Origin: Vicinamibacteria bacterium
GTDB lineage: Bacteria > Acidobacteriota > Vicinamibacteria > Marinacidobacterales > Marinacidobacteraceae
Direction: 5' to 3'
NCBI GenBank assembly: GCA_963555995.3
Contig: OY821641.1
Span: forward strand, 2,560,001 to 2,624,000
DNA length: 64,000 nt
The notes below the pieces were generated by a model. The model was not told where the DNA came from. It was given only the letters and a program-made list of their open reading frames with translations, and searched no databases. Positions 57,924 through 64,000 of the stretch are shown here, piece after piece. Position 1 is the stretch's first letter. Each line of letters starts with the position of its first letter. The translations under genes were made by a program, and so were the position numbers.

Positions 57924-59153
57924 ATGCCCGAATTCCTGTGCCAGGTCGGCGAACCGGCGGGCGACCTGCGGCGGCTCCGGCTGACCGCCCGCGACGCCGA
58001 CGCGGCCCGCCAGGAACTCCAGGAACAGGGGCTGCACGTCTTCGCGGTCCGGCGCCTGTCCTCGTTCGCCGCGTTCGGCCGCCTCTTCGAGGGCGGCACG
58101 CCCTTCTGGCGGCGGCGTCCGGTCCGAAGCCGCGAGGTGCTGCTCTTCAACCAGGAACTCGCGGCGCTGCTGCACGCCGGGCTGCCGCTCGCCGAGTCGC
58201 TCGGCATCATGGTCGAGCGCATGGAGAACCCGACCCTGCGGGAGGCGGTGCAGACCATCTTCGCCGAGGTCCGGTCCGGCGTGCCGATGAGCACCGCGGC
58301 CGCCCGCTATCCCTTCTTCCCGTCGGTCTATCCGGCGTGCCTGCAGGCGGGCGAGACCAGCGGGGACCTCCCGGGCATGATCGTCCGGTTCACGGACGCC
58401 ATGCGCGTCGCGGTGAAGGCGCGGTCGAGCCTGACCGCGGCCATGGTCTATCCCGCCTTCCTGCTCACCGCGCTGCTCGGCACCGCCGCCTACCTCCTGC
58501 TCGGGGTGGTCCCGAACTTCGTCCCCTTCTTCGCCGGGTTCGGGCAGGAACTGCCGCCGCTGACCACGGCGCTGCTGACCGCCGCGGAGTTCGTGCGGAC
58601 CCACCTGCTGTGGGTCGTCGCCGGCCTGCTGGCCGGGGTGCTGGTCTTCGCCGCCTGGTCCCGGACCGGCCGCGCGAAGCGTGTCCGGGACCGGGTGGTC
58701 CTCCGGCTGCCGGCCATCGGCGAGGTGCTCCGGCTGTACTCCGTCTCCCAATTCGCGCGGTCGCTGGGCACGCTGCTCGCCGGGGGGATGCCGCTCGTCA
58801 GCGCGATCCCGGTGGCGGCGCGCGGGGTGGGCAACCGCTACCTGCGGAGCGTGCTGGAGCCGACCGCCGGGGCCGTCCGCGAGGGCCGCTCCTTCGTCGA
58901 GACCCTGGCGGAGACCGGCGAGATCCCCGGCTTCGCGCTCCAGATGGTGCGGGTGGGCGAGGGGACCGGCGACCTCGCGCGGATGGTCTCCTCGGTCGCC
59001 GACTTCAACGACGAGGTGATCGAGAACCGGGTGACCGTGCTCCTCAGCCTCCTCACCCCGGTCGTGCTCCTCATCCTGGGCGGCTTCGTGGCGCTGGTGC
59101 TGCTCGCGATCTATCTGCCGCTCTTCAGCCTCGCCTCGGCGCCCCAGTTCTGA
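57924..59153 (+). CDS. Type II secretion / type IV pilus platform protein (GspF/PilC)
   Basis: QELAALLHAGLPL, AGETSGDL, AMVYP, MVRVGEGTGDL, AIYLPLF. Confidence 0.92.
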   Translation: MPEFLCQVGEPAGDLRRLRLTARDADAARQELQEQGLHVFAVRRLSSFAAFGRLFEGGTPFWRRRPVRSREVLLFNQELAALLHAGLPLAESLGIMVERMENPTLREAVQTIFAEVRSGVPMSTAAARYPFFPSVYPACLQAGETSGDLPGMIVRFTDAMRVAVKARSSLTAAMVYPAFLLTALLGTAAYLLLGVVPNFVPFFAGFGQELPPLTTALLTAAEFVRTHLLWVVAGLLAGVLVFAAWSRTGRAKRVRDRVVLRLPAIGEVLRLYSVSQFARSLGTLLAGGMPLVSAIPVAARGVGNRYLRSVLEPTAGAVREGRSFVETLAETGEIPGFALQMVRVGEGTGDLARMVSSVADFNDEVIENRVTVLLSLLTPVVLLILGGFVALVLLAIYLPLFSLASAPQF

Positions 59154-59193
59154 TGCGGCCCTTCCGTCCCGAACGCCAGCGCGGCTTCACGCC

Positions 59194-59356
59194 GGGAACG
59201 CCGGTCTTCAGACCGGCACGCGCTGCGCGACAGCGCCGCGCACGGCACGACGCGGCCCCGTGCGATGGCGTTCGACGCTGGGTCCATCACGGCAACCAGC
59301 GTTACGACGTGCGCGGGCCTTCGGCCCGCTGTGCCGCTCTGAAGAGCGGCGCTCCC
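59194..59356. repeat. REPIN-like element, copy 3
   Basis: GGGAACGCCGGTCTTCAGACCGGCAC...GCGGGCCTTCGGCCCGCTGTGCCGCTCTGAAGAGCGGCGCTCCC. Confidence 0.82.
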
Positions 59357-59407
59357 AACCGTCTCCGCCGGTTCCATGACCGGCGGAGCGACCAGGAGGA
59401 CCCGATC

Positions 59408-59938
59408 ATGACGGTTCCGCCCGGTAGGGGTTTCCCACCGGCACTGCCGTCCGCTGGCTCGCGCCCGGCGGCGCAGTCGGGCTTCACGCTCATCGAACTC
59501 GTCGTCGCCGCCGGGATCCTCGCGGTGCTGGCGATGGGGATCATCCCGGTGGCGAAGGTCGCGTCGGTCCGCGCCGACGAGATCGAGCTGAGTCGGAGCC
59601 TGCGGACCCTGCGGATGGCGATTGACGCCTACCACGAGGCCGCCGAGGCCGGGGAGATTGATCCGGACTTCATCGAGCCCGACCACGAGAACTACCCGCC
59701 GGACCTCGAGGCGCTGGTGGAGGGGGTGCCCGGCCCTCGGGACCCGGACGGCCGCGCCCCGGTCCTCCGCTTCCTCCGGCGTCTTCCGACGGACCCGATG
59801 ACCGGACGCGCCGACTGGCTGCTGCGCTCCTGGCAGGACGACCCGGACCGGCTCTCCTGGGGGGGCCAGAACGTCTACGACGTGCGCTCCGCGTCTCCCC
59901 GCCGCGCCCTCGACGGCACCCTCTACCGGTCATGGTGA
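59408..59938 (+). CDS. Pseudopilin (GspG-like)
   Basis: AGGAGG RBS; GFTLIEL prepilin motif; FLRRLPTDPMTG...VYDVRS...LDGTLY. Confidence 0.9.
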   Translation: MTVPPGRGFPPALPSAGSRPAAQSGFTLIELVVAAGILAVLAMGIIPVAKVASVRADEIELSRSLRTLRMAIDAYHEAAEAGEIDPDFIEPDHENYPPDLEALVEGVPGPRDPDGRAPVLRFLRRLPTDPMTGRADWLLRSWQDDPDRLSWGGQNVYDVRSASPRRALDGTLYRSW

Positions 59939-60339
59939 CGAAGAACCTCCCGACCCGGCGCGAGGCCGGGTTCAGCTTCATCGAGATGGTGCTGGTGCTG
60001 CTGGTCCTCGGGATTCTCTTCGCCATCGCGGTGCCCCGCTACCAGGCGCAGATCGTGAAGGCGAAGGAGGCGGTGCTGGAGCACAACCTCGCGACCATGC
60101 GGGAGCGGCTCGACCAGTACCGCGCCGACCACGACGAGTTCCCGGCCAACCTCGCCGACCTCGTCGTCTCCGGCTATCTCCGGGAGATCCCCGAGGACCC
60201 CATCACCCAGTCCATCCTCTGGGAGGAGGTGCGCGACGGCTACGACCCCATGTTCCCGGACGCCCCGGCCGGGGTCTCCGACGTCCGCAGCCGCTCGGAG
60301 GAGGTCGGAAGCGACGGGCGGCCGTACCGTGAGTGGTGA
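59932..60339 (+). CDS. Pseudopilin (GspG-like)
   Basis: GFSFIEM; AKEAVL..NL..MR..LDQY; GYLREIPEDPIT. Confidence 0.9.
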   Translation: MVTKNLPTRREAGFSFIEMVLVLLVLGILFAIAVPRYQAQIVKAKEAVLEHNLATMRERLDQYRADHDEFPANLADLVVSGYLREIPEDPITQSILWEEVRDGYDPMFPDAPAGVSDVRSRSEEVGSDGRPYREW

Positions 60340-60937
60340 CCGTCGCCGGGGCGAGGCCGGCTACGTGCTCTTCGGGGTGCTCATCGGCATCACGCTGCTC
60401 GGCGTGGGGCTGTCCGCCGCGGTCACGCTCTGGAGCCAGGTCGTCCAGCGCGAAGACGAAGCGGAACTGCTCTTCCGGGGCGAGGCGATCGTGCGCGCGC
60501 TGGAGCGCTTCCAGCAGGACCGCCCGGGCACGCTTCCCGAAACCCTCGACGAGCTGGTGGAGGGCAAGTACCTCCGCCGCGCCTGGCTCGACCCCATGAC
60601 CGGGCGCACCTTCCGCATCCTGCGCGCCGAGGAGGCGGCGGCCCCCGCCACCGCCGCAGCGGGCGTCATCGGTGGGCGGCCGCGCCCCACCAACCCGGCC
60701 GGCGCAGAGTTCGAAGAGCGGGAACCGCCGAACGACGAAGAGGGCCGGCAAGCGCCGGACGGAGCCGCCGAACCCTCCACCGGGATCACCGGCGTGGTCA
60801 GCACCAGCGACCTCCTCAGCTTCCGCACCTACGAGGGCGCCCGCCGCTACAGCGACTGGCGCTTCGAGGCCCAGGTCAGCGCAACGGCCGGAGGCGGCTC
60901 CCCGACCCGGGAAGCGCCCGACCGCGACCCACTCTGA
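60329..60937 (+). CDS. Type II secretion system pseudopilin-like protein
   Basis: AGYVL + TM, REDEAELLFRG, YLRRAWLDPMTG, YSDWRF. Confidence 0.82.
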   Translation: MSGDRRRGEAGYVLFGVLIGITLLGVGLSAAVTLWSQVVQREDEAELLFRGEAIVRALERFQQDRPGTLPETLDELVEGKYLRRAWLDPMTGRTFRILRAEEAAAPATAAAGVIGGRPRPTNPAGAEFEEREPPNDEEGRQAPDGAAEPSTGITGVVSTSDLLSFRTYEGARRYSDWRFEAQVSATAGGGSPTREAPDRDPL

Positions 60938-61026
60938 AATGCCGCTTCACTTCGACTTTTCCACAAAACGCCGCCGAGTGGGAAAAAATCGAGCAAATCT
61001 CGTCTATGCATGTGGAGGACTTCCAC

Positions 61027-61452
61027 ATGCACGAACACAACGTCCACGCCGCACGACCCGGGGCTCCGTTGCCCGAAGGCGCGGCCCACTCCTATACTCC
61101 GGAACGTGATGAGCCGGGAGCACCGATGAGCGGCGGCGAGGCGGCGCGGATCACACCCGCCGGAGGCCGGAGTGGCGAGCGGCTGACGCGCGCCGACCGG
61201 ATCGTGGTCACCATACTCGCGGCCATGCTCAGTGGCACGCTCGTCGGGTTCGTGGCGATCGGAAGCCAGCTCGTGGCGCTCCAGCGGCAGATCGGCGAGG
61301 TCCGCACGGACATGACCCGAGAGATCGGCGATCTCCGAACCGAGATGCACAGCGAGTTCGGCAAGCTCTCGGACCGGATCACCCGCATCGAAACGCTGCT
61401 CGAGACCCGCCTCGGTCCGGCGCCCGACGCCCGAGATCCGGCCGGGCCCTGA
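61027..61452 (+). CDS. Small TM + coiled-coil hypothetical protein
   Basis: GGAGGA RBS; TM IVVTILAAMLSGTLVGFVAIG, then 11-mer repeats IGEVRTDMTRE/IGDLRTEMHSE. Confidence 0.65.
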   Translation: MHEHNVHAARPGAPLPEGAAHSYTPERDEPGAPMSGGEAARITPAGGRSGERLTRADRIVVTILAAMLSGTLVGFVAIGSQLVALQRQIGEVRTDMTREIGDLRTEMHSEFGKLSDRITRIETLLETRLGPAPDARDPAGP

Positions 61453-61536
61453 ACGCGGTCTTCCGCCCGCGGCGGGCGGCGCCGGCCCCCTCCGGGAGAA
61501 CTGACCGGAGGTCGGCGCTCCAAGCCGGCGCGTCGC

Positions 61537-64000
61537 TCACTCCGGCCCGGCACCGTCCGCGAGGTGCTGCGCGATGTACTCGGCCGGGTGGATCGCGGAG
61601 CGGTGGGTCGCGTCGAAGACCTGGTGCCGGCACGAGGTCCCGGCCGCCACCAGCGCGTCCTCGGTCGCGAGTTCCCGCACCGCCGGGAAGAGCCGGCGCT
61701 CACCGATGGCCAGCGAGATCTCGTAGTGATCCGAGGTGTAGCCGAAGCTGCCGGCCATGCCGCAGCAACCCGAATCGGCGACGGTGACCTGGGCCCCGGT
61801 GGTGGCGAGCAAGCCCTGGAGTGGGCCGGTCCCGCAGAACGTCTTCTGGTGGCAGTGTCCGTGGGCGAGGACTTGGGACCCTTCGCCGCGGCCGCCGGTG
61901 AGCCGGGCGAGCTCCTCCGAGTGATCGGCCAGGAACTCGTCGAAGAGCACCGCGCGCTGCGCGACGTGCTCGGCCGCCGCCCGCTCTTCCTCGGGAACCA
62001 GCTCCGGGATCTCGTCGCGGAAGCTGAACAGGCACGAGGGCTCGAGCCCGACGATGGGCGTGCCTTTCGCGGCGACGGGGCCGAGGGCCCGGACACTCTC
62101 CCGGGCCAACCGGCCGGCCCGGTCGAGGAGACCCCGCGAGATCGCCGGCCGGCCGCAGCAGACCTCGGGCGCCAACGCCACGCGGTAGCCGAGCGCCCAG
62201 AGCACCCGGCAGGCGGCGATCCCGATCTGCGGCTCGAAGTAGTTCGTGAAGGTGTCGGGGAAGAGCGCCACCTCGCCCCGCGGAGCGGCCGGCTGGGAGG
62301 CGGCCTCCACCCTCCGGAACCAGCGAGCGAAGGGCTGGCGGGCGAGGCCCGGGAGGCTCCGGCGCCGGTCGAAACCGATGGTCCGGGCCAGCAGGGAGGC
62401 CGCCCAGCCCCGCCGGTCGACCCAGCGGGCGAGCGGCCCGAAGCGGCTTCCCCAGCGGGCCAGCACGTCGGGCGCGCCGAAGATGCGGTCGGCGAGCGGA
62501 CGCTTCCGGTCCCGGTAGTAGCGGTGCTGGAAGTCCGACTTGAGCCGGGCCATGTCCACCCCGGACGGGCACTCGGCCTTGCAGGCCTTGCAGCCGAGGC
62601 AGAGATCGAGCGCCTGGAGGACCCGGTCCTCCGACTCCCGCTCGGGCGGCAGCCGCCCGTCGAGCAGCGCCCGCAGCAGGTTGGCCCGGCCCCGCGTGGA
62701 GTGCTCCTCCTCCTTGGTCGCCATGAACGAGGGGCACATCGTCCCCACGAGTTCCTTGCGGCAGACCCCGGCCCCGTTACAGAGCTCGACCGCCCCTGCG
62801 AAGCCGCCGTGGCGCCGGTAGGGGTAGACCACCGGCAGTTCCTCCACCCGGTAGTCCCCTCCGTAGCGCAGGTTGTCGGTCATGGCCGGCGCGTCCACCA
62901 CCTTCCCCGGGTTCATGATGCCGGCCGGGTCGAACGCCGCCTTGAGACGCTTGAACGCGTCGTAGACCCGCGGCCCGAAGACCCTCTCGTTGAAGTGGCT
63001 GCGCGCGAGACCGTCGCCGTGCTCGCCGCTCATCGCGCCCCCGAAGTCGAGCACCAGCTCGCAGATCTCCTGGGCGAGGGTGTCCATCTTCCGGATCTCG
63101 GCGGGGTCCTTCAGGTTGATGAGCGGCCGGATGTGGAGGCAGCCGGCGCCGGCGTGGGCATAGAAGCTCCCCTCGGTGTCGCGGCCGGCGAGGATGTCCT
63201 CGAACCCGCGGATGAACTCCGGCAGCCGGGAGGGTTCGACCGCGGTGTCCTCGACGAAGGCGATGGGCTTCTTGTCGCCGGGGAGGCTGAGGAGGAGCGG
63301 GAGCGCGGCCTTCCGCACCGCCCAGACGTTCCTCTGTTCGGCGGGATCGAGCACGCGGAGGTGAGGGCGGCCCCGGTTTCCGAGGCGGCGTTCGAGGTCG
63401 GCCAGCTTGGACGCCACCTCCGCCCGGCTGTGGCCGGCGAACTCGACCAGGATGAGGGCCCCGGGCTCGCCCTCGATGAAGTGGAGGCGCCGCGAGTACT
63501 CGAGCGACTCGCGGGCGAGCTCCATGACCATCCGGTCCACGAGTTCCACGCAGGTCGGACGCAGTTCGAGCGCCGTCACCCCCGCTTCGAGCGCCGGGAG
63601 CATCCCGTCGAAGTGCAGGACGGCGAGCCCGACCGCGGGCGGCAGCCGGTAGAGCTTCACCCGCGCCTCCACCACGGTCCCGAGCGTCCCCTCGGAGCCG
63701 ACGACGAGGTGCGCCAGGTTCACCCCCCCGGGATCGAGCAGCACGTCCAGGTTGTAGCCGGAGACGCGCCGGGGGATGCGGGGGAACCGCTCCCGGATGT
63801 CCTCCGAATACTCGTCGCGAAGCGCCAGCAGCTCGCGGAGCAGGGGGGCGAGCGCCCCGTTCCCCCGCGCCCGGCGCCGGATGTCCTCCCAGCTCAGCCA
63901 GCCGAGCCGCTCGCAACTCCCGTCGGGCAGCACCACGGTGGCGTCGATGACGTTCTCCACCGTCTTGCCGTAGACGAGCGAGCGGGCGCCGGCCGAGTTG
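61537..64000 (-). CDS. FAD-linked oxidase / (Fe-S)-binding protein (GlcD/GlcF-like fusion), 5' end outside window
   Basis: GSEGTLG, HAGAGCLH, SGEHGDG, CNGAGVC, CLGCKACKAECP, CCG domains. Confidence 0.93.
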   Translation of the reverse strand, partial: NSAGARSLVYGKTVENVIDATVVLPDGSCERLGWLSWEDIRRRARGNGALAPLLRELLALRDEYSEDIRERFPRIPRRVSGYNLDVLLDPGGVNLAHLVVGSEGTLGTVVEARVKLYRLPPAVGLAVLHFDGMLPALEAGVTALELRPTCVELVDRMVMELARESLEYSRRLHFIEGEPGALILVEFAGHSRAEVASKLADLERRLGNRGRPHLRVLDPAEQRNVWAVRKAALPLLLSLPGDKKPIAFVEDTAVEPSRLPEFIRGFEDILAGRDTEGSFYAHAGAGCLHIRPLINLKDPAEIRKMDTLAQEICELVLDFGGAMSGEHGDGLARSHFNERVFGPRVYDAFKRLKAAFDPAGIMNPGKVVDAPAMTDNLRYGGDYRVEELPVVYPYRRHGGFAGAVELCNGAGVCRKELVGTMCPSFMATKEEEHSTRGRANLLRALLDGRLPPERESEDRVLQALDLCLGCKACKAECPSGVDMARLKSDFQHRYYRDRKRPLADRIFGAPDVLARWGSRFGPLARWVDRRGWAASLLARTIGFDRRRSLPGLARQPFARWFRRVEAASQPAAPRGEVALFPDTFTNYFEPQIGIAACRVLWALGYRVALAPEVCCGRPAISRGLLDRAGRLARESVRALGPVAAKGTPIVGLEPSCLFSFRDEIPELVPEEERAAAEHVAQRAVLFDEFLADHSEELARLTGGRGEGSQVLAHGHCHQKTFCGTGPLQGLLATTGAQVTVADSGCCGMAGSFGYTSDHYEISLAIGERRLFPAVRELATEDALVAAGTSCRHQVFDATHRSAIHPAEYIAQHLADGAGPE

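Noticed and set aside
57653-59938. 761-aa ORF ending in a pseudopilin
   Set aside because: Only 59408-59938 has an RBS and a prepilin motif; the upstream part overlaps smpB, gspF and a REPIN.

Overview
High-GC (~70% by eye) bacterial chromosomal window. The gene repertoire (PQQ dehydrogenase, TonB receptor, CocE and S9 hydrolases, GspF/GspG cluster, many REP-like palindromes) resembles Acidobacteriota such as marine or sponge-associated lineages; this taxonomy is inference only. Housekeeping blocks: ABC exporter-egtB-egtD, brxA-tmk-holB, ppk2, smpB and pseudopilins. A large accessory/defence region (~23-48.7 kb) holds an McrBC-like pair, many toxin-antitoxin (TA) loci with decayed toxins, a 17-unit 32-bp tandem array next to a membrane/wHTH protein, an ISL3 with ~100-bp terminal inverted repeats inserted in an IS21-like end, a CapRel-like fused toxSAS and a Schlafen/AlbA-ATPase. 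It ends in a more AT-rich three-gene module: a 735-aa protein with Ig-like and ribosomal L13e-like C-terminal domains, a 1403-aa DUF1998 helicase and a putative PD-(D/E)XK nuclease. That module and the array/wHTH pair are the best candidates for undescribed systems. No rRNA, tRNA or CRISPR-Cas was recognised. All assignments come from motifs read by eye; no database search was run.
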